Notes under the pieces: generated by a model | What the model was told of the DNA's origin: nothing | What the model saw: only the letters and a program-made list of their open reading frames with translations | Database searches by the model: none | In this document: in pieces, positions 1-6,653 of the stretch | Layout of the letters: each line of letters opens with the position of its first letter | Numbering within the stretch: the stretch's first letter is position 1 | Position numbers and translations under genes: made by a program | From: a virus | Lineage: Duplodnaviria > Caudoviricetes | Direction: 5' to 3' (one strand) | DNA length: 64,000 nt | IMG/VR virus record: IMGVR_UViG_3300033066_000778 | Span: 89,959 to 153,958 of that record

Positions 1-56
1 GTTCCGGTAAAAAGAATGGGAATTTTTCTAGGTCAACCTGTTGGTCATCCTCTAGA

Positions 57-623
57 TTACTCTTCGTTGTCATCATTTGACGCTTCACCTAATAGATTTT
101 CGCTTTCCTCAACGTCAGAGATAATACTGGTAAGGATACCTAGCATCTTTTGTCGTTTATCTGACGGCATCTGTTTAACTGAATTGTACACTTCTTTTTG
201 TACTTTGAACTCCGATACAGATTGAATTGTCTTTTGAACTGTTTCAAAGATATCGAATCCGTATAACTGTGCTTCTAAACGTTTAAGCTTCTTTTCATTA
301 GACTCTGCAAATGTTTTCAAAGCATTCATCTGCTGATTCGTAGTCATAAAGGGATAATTCTGTTTGAGCATTCGGCGCATCTCATTTTCAAACTCTACGT
401 CTGAAGCGATTGCTGTTATACTCTTCCTTTGCATCTCTACATAAATAGCTTGCATTTTGATTCTGAGATCTTCAGAACGTTCGATGAAATACTGTTTAAT
501 ACTTGGATCAAGTGTATCTTGTGAATTGAGCCACTCTAGGAGTTTCTCCCATACAAGATTTGCTACTTCATCTTGCGATAGCTCTTCATCTGTATGTATA
601 GTTGAATCTTCAATGTATGTCAT
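57..623 (-). CDS. hypothetical acidic/helical protein
   Basis: 188-aa ORF with an upstream sigma70-like promoter. Confidence 0.7.
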   Translation of the reverse strand: MTYIEDSTIHTDEELSQDEVANLVWEKLLEWLNSQDTLDPSIKQYFIERSEDLRIKMQAIYVEMQRKSITAIASDVEFENEMRRMLKQNYPFMTTNQQMNALKTFAESNEKKLKRLEAQLYGFDIFETVQKTIQSVSEFKVQKEVYNSVKQMPSDKRQKMLGILTSIISDVEESENLLGEASNDDNEE

Positions 624-653
624 GTTCTATATCTCGAATATAAAAGATGTGTT

Positions 654-682
654 AATATAATCCCTTGAAGTATCAATGTCAA
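654..682 (-). promoter_or_regulatory. sigma70-like promoter
   Basis: TTGACA(682-677)-17 nt-TATATT(659-654). Confidence 0.65.
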
Positions 683-699
683 ATTTACTGCCAAAACGC

Positions 700-726
700 A
701 AAAAAGGGAGCCAAACGGCTCCCTTT
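700..726 (-). terminator. intrinsic terminator
   Basis: aaagggagcc-aaac-ggctcccttt hairpin with a U-tract on the minus strand. Confidence 0.7.
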
Positions 727-973
727 AGGTCTATGTAGTCTTTTATTTTTATGCTTTTATACTTAGTAGTTCTCTAAGGGCTAGATTTTCCTCATGAAGA
801 GCTTTTACAGCGTTAAACAGTAAGATATCTTTTTGTTTGAGTTCGGCAATTTCTTTCGAGGTTTCTTTTATACGTAAGTAAAGACTCCTGTACTTCAGAC
901 GATGCTTTAAATGCTTCGTAACTAGCTGAAACTTGTTTTTCTAGTGTACTAATCCTACTAGACGTATCAAACA

Positions 974-1446
974 TTATGCTGTCTTACTTCCCTTTACCTT
1001 ATTGCCTGTTACCATATCTGGAGTAACATCCCATTTATATGAAGCATCTTTTTCACTAGAGCCTCGATATGTACTGACGTTATTAGAAAGAGAAACGAAC
1101 GCGGCGTTTACTCCAATAGAGTCAGCCGAGTAGTTAGCGACGCCTCTAAGGCTAATGCCAATACTACCCGCTTCAGCAAAGGAATCCTGGTTCGCACCGA
1201 GGAAGACAAACTGCCAATTATAGTTCTTCTCTTGATGTTCGATCATTTCCTTGATCTTATCTTTAGAGAACTCTGTACTGGAGTTTTCCTGTCCATCAGT
1301 AATGATAATAACCATTACTTTCGACGGACGATCTTCTTCCTTGGTGTTACTAAGGCGGGTTCCTGTCCAACTGATAGCCTTGCCAACTGCGTCGAGTAGA
1401 GCCGTAGATCCTCTAGGGACATAGGTTCTCTCGTTGAGAGTACTCC
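974..1446 (-). pseudogene. von Willebrand factor A (VWA) domain protein, N-terminally truncated
   Basis: The frame upstream of the 974..1315 ORF reads LNERTYVPRGSTALLDAVGKAI...VIIITDGQENSS...WQFVFLGAN. The DxSxS MIDAS N-terminal half is absent and there is an in-frame stop near 1472. Confidence 0.7.
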
Positions 1447-1790
1447 TTATATCTATTCCGTAGTTCTGTCTCTAAACAAGAAACGATACCGTAGTGCTTA
1501 ACTCTGTATACATAGTCAAGAAATTCTGAATCTGTAAGTTTTCCTTTTGCTGGACCTCCCGCTTTTCTAAGTTCAGAAAGAAGAGCGTTCTTTATATGTT
1601 GTGTATCCATAAGGCGTATTGGAGTAATTCCTTTAGACTCGGAAAAGTATACTTTTTCTTCGCCAAGGCTATTTATAGCATTAACAACATCGTCAGGATG
1701 CCCTGTAAGCGTTAGGCCATTAGAAAGAACGTAGTTTACATTGGTTCCAATATATGGAATATTTTCAGTAAGTTTCTTCGTCGCTCGCAT
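1413..1790 (-). CDS. hypothetical protein
   Basis: 125-aa ORF in a contiguous minus-strand run. Confidence 0.6.
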   Translation of the reverse strand: MRATKKLTENIPYIGTNVNYVLSNGLTLTGHPDDVVNAINSLGEEKVYFSESKGITPIRLMDTQHIKNALLSELRKAGGPAKGKLTDSEFLDYVYRVKHYGIVSCLETELRNRYKEYSQRENLCP

Positions 1791-2070
1791 GTTTCTCTAT
1801 ACTCCTCATTAGCCCTTCCATAGCTTTCGTATGACACAGACCACCACGATAAGATCCACTAATTTCACACCAGTCCACAATTGCACCAGCTTCATTAGAT
1901 GGAAAAATATATGTTTCTGGACCAGTATACGGAGCTACTACGGCTGAAACAATAACAAAATTTGTTTTCTCATCCTCGTCATTATTGCCTCTGTAAGTAA
2001 TTGCTTCATCTAGTTCATACAGGACAGCTTTACCGCGCATACCTTCGATTGCTCTTATACGCTTATACAT
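1765..2070 (-). CDS. hypothetical phage protein
   Basis: 101-aa ORF, GGAG RBS. Confidence 0.65.
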   Translation of the reverse strand: MYKRIRAIEGMRGKAVLYELDEAITYRGNNDEDEKTNFVIVSAVVAPYTGPETYIFPSNEAGAIVDWCEISGSYRGGLCHTKAMEGLMRSIEKHASDEETY

Positions 2071-2071
2071 G

Positions 2072-2326
2072 TTACTCCCTTGCTAATGGTGCAGCCATAT
2101 TGATTGCTTCGTGGATTGACGTAATAAAAACCTCAATAGCTTCTTTTCCATGTATTTTTTCGAGATTTAAAACGAATTCTATATTTACTTGAATAAGAGG
2201 ATTTTTCTTACTCGCAGCTATCTTAAAAACGTGATTCCTTTTAGTTCCATCGGGCATTGGTTCCCATTCAGAAATACCATCAGGAAAATCTACTAAGAGT
2301 CTTTCTACTAGTTCTTCGTTTGTCAT
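2072..2326 (-). CDS. hypothetical protein
   Basis: 84-aa ORF, AAGGAG RBS. Confidence 0.65.
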   Translation of the reverse strand: MTNEELVERLLVDFPDGISEWEPMPDGTKRNHVFKIAASKKNPLIQVNIEFVLNLEKIHGKEAIEVFITSIHEAINMAAPLARE

Positions 2327-2431
2327 GTTACTCCTTTTGAACTTTCAATATTATGTACTATTTATTCTTCTTCTAACAGAGAATAATAGTCTGGGTGACA
2401 ATGTTCGACAGTTTAAACGAAAGGTTTTTTT

Positions 2432-3055
2432 ATGACAGAAATTACAGAAGAGTTTATTGCATCTCTTATAGGTCTTCCGTATAAAAGTAAAATATGCGTA
2501 ACATGTAAGCAATGTAAAAAAGAAATTTACAGAACAAAACATGCTATCCTTCGTCGTTACTGGGCAAAAGCTAAGTTGATCTTCTGTGGGGCGACTTGCT
2601 ACGGGTTATTTAACGATAAACGTATTGTACGTACTTGCGTGAACTGCCAGAACAAAACATTTACTCGTTTTTGCTCCCAGTCTTGTTCGGCTATATATAA
2701 TAATATGCATAAGAAAACTGGGCATCGTCGCGCAAAGTTAGAAATCGCTATTGAAAAAAAACTTTTAGAAGCGGGCGTTACCTTTGTATGTAATGACCGA
2801 AAAACTGTTGGGTATGAACTTGATTTTTTCTTTCCTACCTTACGTAAGGCAATTGAAATAAACGGTATTTATCATTACAAGCCAGTACATTCGGAGGCTA
2901 AATTCAAGCGTATACAAGAGATAGATAATGAAAAGATACAACGCTGTGAGAAAGCTAATATTCAATTACTAGTAAAGCCAAATTTATATATTCGTTTTAC
3001 TCCAGAAATAATAGAAAAAACTTGGACAGAGATAAAAGAATTCCTAGATAGATAA
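2432..3055 (+). CDS. putative free-standing endonuclease (Cys-rich Zn repeats + Vsr/DUF559-like PD-(D/E)XK domain)
   Basis: CxxC/FCSxxC repeats, then KLE...YELDFFFP...AIEINGIYHY; lone gene on the opposite strand beside the tRNA cluster. Confidence 0.7.
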   Translation: MTEITEEFIASLIGLPYKSKICVTCKQCKKEIYRTKHAILRRYWAKAKLIFCGATCYGLFNDKRIVRTCVNCQNKTFTRFCSQSCSAIYNNMHKKTGHRRAKLEIAIEKKLLEAGVTFVCNDRKTVGYELDFFFPTLRKAIEINGIYHYKPVHSEAKFKRIQEIDNEKIQRCEKANIQLLVKPNLYIRFTPEIIEKTWTEIKEFLDR

Positions 3056-3140
3056 AAACTTCCGTAAGCGGAATAGACTCTTTTAATTTCATGTGATTTT
3101 ATTTTACTGTTATCTATTCCGCTTACCACTCAATTAAAAT

Positions 3141-3225
3141 TGGTGGGACTGACGCGGTTCGAACGCGTACGACTTTCGTCACGATTTTTTGAGAATCGCG
3201 TGTATTCCGATTCCACCACAGTCCC
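3141..3225 (-). tRNA. tRNA-Leu(CAA)
   Basis: GGGACTG/CAGTCCC acceptor, CTCAAAA loop, long V-arm, TTCGAAC, ACCA end. Confidence 0.92.
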
Positions 3226-3226
3226 A

Positions 3227-3301
3227 TGGAGCGTGTAACAGGATTTGAACCCGTAACCTACAGCTTGGAAGGCTGAGACTCTACCATTGAGTTATACACG
3301 C
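3227..3301 (-). tRNA. tRNA-Gly(TCC)
   Basis: GCGTGTA/TACACGC, CTTCCAA loop, TCCA end. Confidence 0.92.
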
Positions 3302-3309
3302 ATTATAGT

Positions 3310-3495
3310 TGAATGACGATCAGCTAGTACAATACCTGCAAGGGCGGAATGCCCCAGACGTATAATATTACGTTACCATGCTCAAACATCACTAACGAAA
3401 CCAACTAATTCCGGCATAATTATATGCTTAGGCGGCATAGGAATCACCCTACTTCGTCGTATCCGCCTCATGTACTATCCGGTGATTAACCGGCA
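3310..3495 (-). ncRNA. unidentified multibranch structured RNA between tRNAs
   Basis: Closing helix TAGTACA/TGTACTA enclosing GGCGG/CCGCC (with inner TAGG/CCTA), GCATA/TATGC, ACGTA/TACGT and GGGC/GCCC hairpins. Confidence 0.5.
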
Positions 3496-3508
3496 CGTAT
3501 TAAGATAT

Positions 3509-3597
3509 TGGTAAGAGTGGGTGGGGTCGAACCACCATATACCTTGTAAGGGCATCCAGCTTATAAGGCTGGGGCTATACCATTTAGCTACACTCTT
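3509..3597 (-). tRNA. tRNA with TAT anticodon (nominal Ile) and a long variable arm
   Basis: AAGAGTG/CACTCTT, CCAGC-CTTATAA-GCTGG, 19-nt V region, GGTGG-TTCGACC-CCACC, ACCA. Confidence 0.88.
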
Positions 3598-3608
3598 ATA
3601 ATTGAAAA

Positions 3609-3685
3609 TGGCGGGTATGAGGAGATTTGAACTCCCGTTCTCTGACGTGACAGGCCAGCGCTTTTGACCGCTAAGCTACACACCC
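3609..3685 (-). tRNA. tRNA-Asp(GTC)
   Basis: CTGTCAC loop, TTCAAAT T-loop, GCCA end. Confidence 0.92.
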
Positions 3686-3693
3686 GTAAGTAA

Positions 3694-3776
3694 TGGACTA
3701 GGTAGGGTTACTGGCAGTACTTGCTCCCTACTCCTCAAAGTCTGAGTGACCGCGATCATTGAAATCTACTAGTCCA
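3694..3776 (-). ncRNA. tRNA-sized four-way-junction RNA, not a canonical tRNA
   Basis: TGGACTAG/CTAGTCCA terminal stem, three internal hairpins, no TTCGA loop. Confidence 0.45.
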
Positions 3777-3780
3777 AAAT

Positions 3781-3856
3781 TGGCTGGAGCGGAAGGATTC
3801 GAACCTTCATTAGCTGGGTCAGAGCCAGCGTTCCTGACCAATTGAAAGACGCCCCA
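3781..3856 (-). tRNA. tRNA-Gln(CTG)
   Basis: CTCTGAC loop, GAAGG-TTCGAAT-CCTTC, GCCA. Confidence 0.92.
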
Positions 3857-3859
3857 ATA

Positions 3860-4087
3860 TTACCTTGCTATGTCTTTACCCTTTTCATAGATTGAAATTC
3901 CGTCGTTACAGTTACGAGTAGGGCACTTAACTATCATACTTCTTAACCTACCGTTGAAGTACATTACTTGTGTTAATGAAAGTGCTTCTTCCTCGTCTAG
4001 TTCTACTTCACACTTACAGTTATAGCATTTTCCTGCGTAAATAACGTTGACTTTTTTTGGGAGAATGCCTTCTTTAATTATTCGCAT
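3860..4087 (-). CDS. small Zn-ribbon-like protein
   Basis: CYNCKC...CPTRNC. Confidence 0.6.
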   Translation of the reverse strand: MRIIKEGILPKKVNVIYAGKCYNCKCEVELDEEEALSLTQVMYFNGRLRSMIVKCPTRNCNDGISIYEKGKDIAR

Positions 4088-4259
4088 TTCTTTTTCCTAC
4101 TGCGCCAGAAAGCCACAGTCCAAAGTTCCATGCACCAAACATTGCGAATAATGTATGAACGATGTCAACAGCAATCATAGCCATGGTATAGTTTAGGAGA
4201 GTAAGAATGAGTATTGAATACATCAAAATAATTACAACGTAAACTTTTTTATCAGTCAT
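4074..4259 (-). CDS. small membrane protein
   Basis: two hydrophobic segments. Confidence 0.55.
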   Translation of the reverse strand: MTDKKVYVVIILMYSILILTLLNYTMAMIAVDIVHTLFAMFGAWNFGLWLSGAVGKRNANN

Positions 4260-4294
4260 GGTTTTTTTACTATTCCTTACAACAAATACAAAGT

Positions 4295-4384
4295 TGGTGA
4301 AGCGAGTATGATTCGAACATACGATGGGGTTATTAGTCCTACGGGGTTACAGCCCGTTTCCTTCAGCCACTCGGACATCGCTTC
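4295..4384 (-). tRNA. tRNA-Tyr(GTA)
   Basis: GAAGCGA/TCGCTTC, CTGTAAC loop, long V-arm, ACCA. Confidence 0.92.
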
Positions 4385-4417
4385 GTTATATTAAAATGGC
4401 GGGAGAACGAAAATCTT

Positions 4418-4978
4418 CTACTGAGAATTTTCTAATTGTAATAGCTGGTAAATAGCGTAATTACTTTCTATTTTATGCCTACGCCTATGACAATTAGAGC
4501 ACCGAACGTCACACTTAGCAATTTCTTTTTCTACTAATTCCCAAGTACAGTTATTTTTGGCCATACTGGAAATGTTGTACTCTTTATTTCCTTGATGATC
4601 AAATTCTAAGACTAAAGGATCTTTCTCTCCACAGTCAACACAAAAGTGTGTTTTAAAGTAAGCCAAGATATTTTTGTAAATTAAAAATTTACGATTATTA
4701 CTGTAGAGCTTAGCCCTATCAATATATTTAGCTTGATTACGCTTATAGTGTATATTACCCGCTGCGTTTTGACAAGTCTTGCACACATTTTGTATACGCC
4801 CAGACTTACTATCTTTTAAGTTAAAAAATGCCCTGTCAAAGTAGCCTTTACAAGCTAAACAGATTATTTTACCATCTTCTCTTATCCTTGATGCTCGGCG
4901 CTTTTTGCTATTACATTCTCTGCAAGACTGTGCTCTTTTACTTTTTTCTTTAGTGCATATCGGACATATATTATTCAT
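4418..4978 (-). CDS. HNH endonuclease inserted in the tRNA cluster
   Basis: CVDCGEKDPLVLEFDH...CDVRCSNCHRRRH; own TTGACA-17-TACATT promoter with the -10 box only 7 nt before the ATG. Confidence 0.8.
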   Translation of the reverse strand: MNNICPICTKEKSKRAQSCRECNSKKRRASRIREDGKIICLACKGYFDRAFFNLKDSKSGRIQNVCKTCQNAAGNIHYKRNQAKYIDRAKLYSNNRKFLIYKNILAYFKTHFCVDCGEKDPLVLEFDHQGNKEYNISSMAKNNCTWELVEKEIAKCDVRCSNCHRRRHKIESNYAIYQLLQLENSQ

Positions 4979-5012
4979 ACAAAATAATGTACACTAAAAA
5001 AAGCAAAATGTC

Positions 5013-5054
5013 AAGGCAGTCTCTAAAATCATATAAAGTTTTAGAGACTGCCTT
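5013..5054. terminator. long perfect hairpin inside the tRNA operon
   Basis: aaggcagtctctaaaa / ttttagagactgcctt. Confidence 0.5.
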
Positions 5055-5061
5055 TCTAATA

Positions 5062-5136
5062 TGGCTCGGTTGGTAGGAATTGAACCTACGACAGTTCGAT
5101 TAACAGTCGAACACTCTACCACTGAGTTACAACCGA
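5062..5136 (-). tRNA. tRNA-Asn(GTT)
   Basis: TCGGTTG/CAACCGA, CTGTTAA loop, GCCA. Confidence 0.93.
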
Positions 5137-5144
5137 ATGAAACT

Positions 5145-5219
5145 TGGAGCACTGAAGTCGATTCGAACGACTGAATAGCAGGGTTGCAATCTGCCCTCTT
5201 ACCACTTGAGTATCAGTGC
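5145..5219 (-). tRNA. tRNA-Cys(GCA)
   Basis: GCACTGA/TCAGTGC, TTGCAAC loop, TCCA. Confidence 0.92.
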
Positions 5220-5230
5220 GTTATTTGAAA

Positions 5231-5309
5231 TGGGACCGGGAACTGGATTTGAACCAGTGATCTCTAGCTTATGAGGCTAGCGTGGTAGACCAGACTGCAC
5301 CATCCCGGT
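5231..5309 (-). tRNA. tRNA-Met(CAT) (initiator-like D-arm, C73 discriminator)
   Basis: ACCGGGA/TCCCGGT, CTCATAA loop, CCCA end; lacks the three G-C anticodon-stem pairs of typical initiators. Confidence 0.85.
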
Positions 5310-5315
5310 ATAGGT

Positions 5316-5407
5316 ATTGGTAGCTCTAAGGGCAAAAGGCCATGGTTGGTGAATTCAGCGTTAAGGAGGTCAACGTATGAAAAGAACAACCTTAAAAAGC
5401 TACCAAT
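5316..5407 (-). ncRNA. stem-closed small RNA with a pyrimidine-rich anti-SD loop
   Basis: ATTGGTAGCTTT/AGAGCTACCAAT stem; contains ACCTCCTTA. Confidence 0.4.
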
Positions 5408-5423
5408 CTTTTAAACTAAGAAA

Positions 5424-5496
5424 TGGTAGGAATAGCCCTTCGAAAAGGAGAGGGGGGACATCTCTGAGGAAGAGTTTCCTAAGAGCTATTCCTACC
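5424..5496 (-). ncRNA. cloverleaf-like small RNA ending in ACCA
   Basis: GGTAGGAATAGC/GCTATTCCTACC stem plus three hairpins (one TTCG tetraloop). Confidence 0.45.
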
Positions 5497-5509
5497 GGGG
5501 ACTTACAGA

Positions 5510-5582
5510 TTCAGTTTTCAAGGGTCCGTTGTTCGTCAACCGCGAACACTGTAAAGATGAGCCGTTTGGGTTGAGATGTCAA
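5510..5582 (-). promoter_or_regulatory. tRNA operon promoter with rrn-like boxB/boxA leader
   Basis: TTGACA-17-CATCTT, hairpin TGTTCG/CGAACA, then CCTTGAAAACTGAA. Confidence 0.65.
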
Positions 5583-5782
5583 GGCTTCTTCTCAGGTTTC
5601 TCTTTTCTTTGCTTTACAAGGATATTATACGCCTCAACCATTGCTTCTAGGAGTTTTGCGTTATTTCCATAAAGTAAAATGACAGGGGTATTACTTGTAT
5701 CGTCCGTATACGTCACTCCAGCAACGTAAAGCTGATCTGGCATTTTTCTGGAACGTGGTGGTAGAACTTTAAGCTCTCTCAT
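5579..5782 (-). CDS. hypothetical protein
   Basis: 67-aa ORF in an overlapping run. Confidence 0.55.
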   Translation of the reverse strand: MRELKVLPPRSRKMPDQLYVAGVTYTDDTSNTPVILLYGNNAKLLEAMVEAYNILVKQRKEKPEKKP

Positions 5783-6179
5783 TAATTGTATCCTTTATTA
5801 CCTTGGCTTGGCGTTCACTTACTTTAGTGCTTTTCTCTTGAATGTAAATAGTTAGTTCTTGCTGAATAGCCTGGACTAACGGGGTCATAAGCTCATAGTA
5901 TTTCTGTTCATTGAGCTTAAGTCTACTTTTAAGTTCCTTGCTCTCCTTACTAGAGAAAAACAATGTACTTACATCTCCTGGTAAATCCCTTGCGGCCCAT
6001 TCAGTTAGTTTGGTCATCTGAGCCTTAAACTCTGATAAGGACTCATCCAAGATATGTTGTAAGGATTTAATTTCGTCTACATATCTTTGACGGATTTTTT
6101 CTACACTTTTAATGTGCCAGTAACGAATACTCAAAAGAAGCATTATACAAACGACTGTAGTAGCGAGGATAGAAATCAA
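5769..6179 (-). CDS. N-terminally anchored coiled-coil protein
   Basis: N-terminal TM helix, heptad-rich C-terminus. Confidence 0.6.
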   Translation of the reverse strand: MISILATTVVCIMLLLSIRYWHIKSVEKIRQRYVDEIKSLQHILDESLSEFKAQMTKLTEWAARDLPGDVSTLFFSSKESKELKSRLKLNEQKYYELMTPLVQAIQQELTIYIQEKSTKVSERQAKVIKDTINERA

Positions 6180-6385
6180 AGGTTTTTCTCCATCAGTTGA
6201 GCTTTAGCAATAGCTACTGTGATATCCGGTGCTTTATTTGAATCGAGTAAAACTGCTGCTCGCATGAATACTCTTATACACTTACTTAATGTCCATCCAT
6301 GCTTTTCAGCGGCTAATTCAAATAGCTTTTTATCTTGAAGTGACATTACGAGTAAAAGTTTATGAACGTTTGGATCATCTGCCAT
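6176..6385 (-). CDS. putative ribbon-helix-helix DNA-binding protein
   Basis: KLLLVMS..DKKLFELAAEKHGWTLSKCIR pattern. Confidence 0.45.
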   Translation of the reverse strand: MADDPNVHKLLLVMSLQDKKLFELAAEKHGWTLSKCIRVFMRAAVLLDSNKAPDITVAIAKAQLMEKNL

Positions 6386-6638
6386 GTAACCACTCTAAAA
6401 ACTTAACTGGAAGGCCGTAAGCACCTATGATAATAGTGATGAAAGGAGCAAGACAAAATAATGCAATCTTATTTACATTACCTATCATCTTGTACTCTAA
6501 CTTCGCTAACATCCAATTATAACTACCGATCCAAGCTGGGATACCGACGAGAACAAAAAGAGCAACACAAAAAATAGTTGTTAGTACCAAAATTAAAAAC
6601 CTCCTATTAAATCTAGGAGGTTTTTGTTGTTTTGTCAA
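6375..6638 (-). CDS. two-TM membrane protein
   Basis: hydropathy pattern. Confidence 0.55.
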   Translation of the reverse strand: MTKQQKPPRFNRRFLILVLTTIFCVALFVLVGIPAWIGSYNWMLAKLEYKMIGNVNKIALFCLAPFITIIIGAYGLPVKFLEWLHGR

Positions 6639-6653
6639 TAGTATGTAAGAAAC

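Noticed and set aside
3741-3770. Plus-strand CTGAGTGA...GAAA resembling a hammerhead core
   Set aside because: The core has an extra base, no stem II or III can be formed, and it is on the strand opposite the tRNAs.
5341-5390. Plus-strand MKRT start resembling ribosomal protein L34
   Set aside because: Only four residues match and the rest of the ORF is unrelated.
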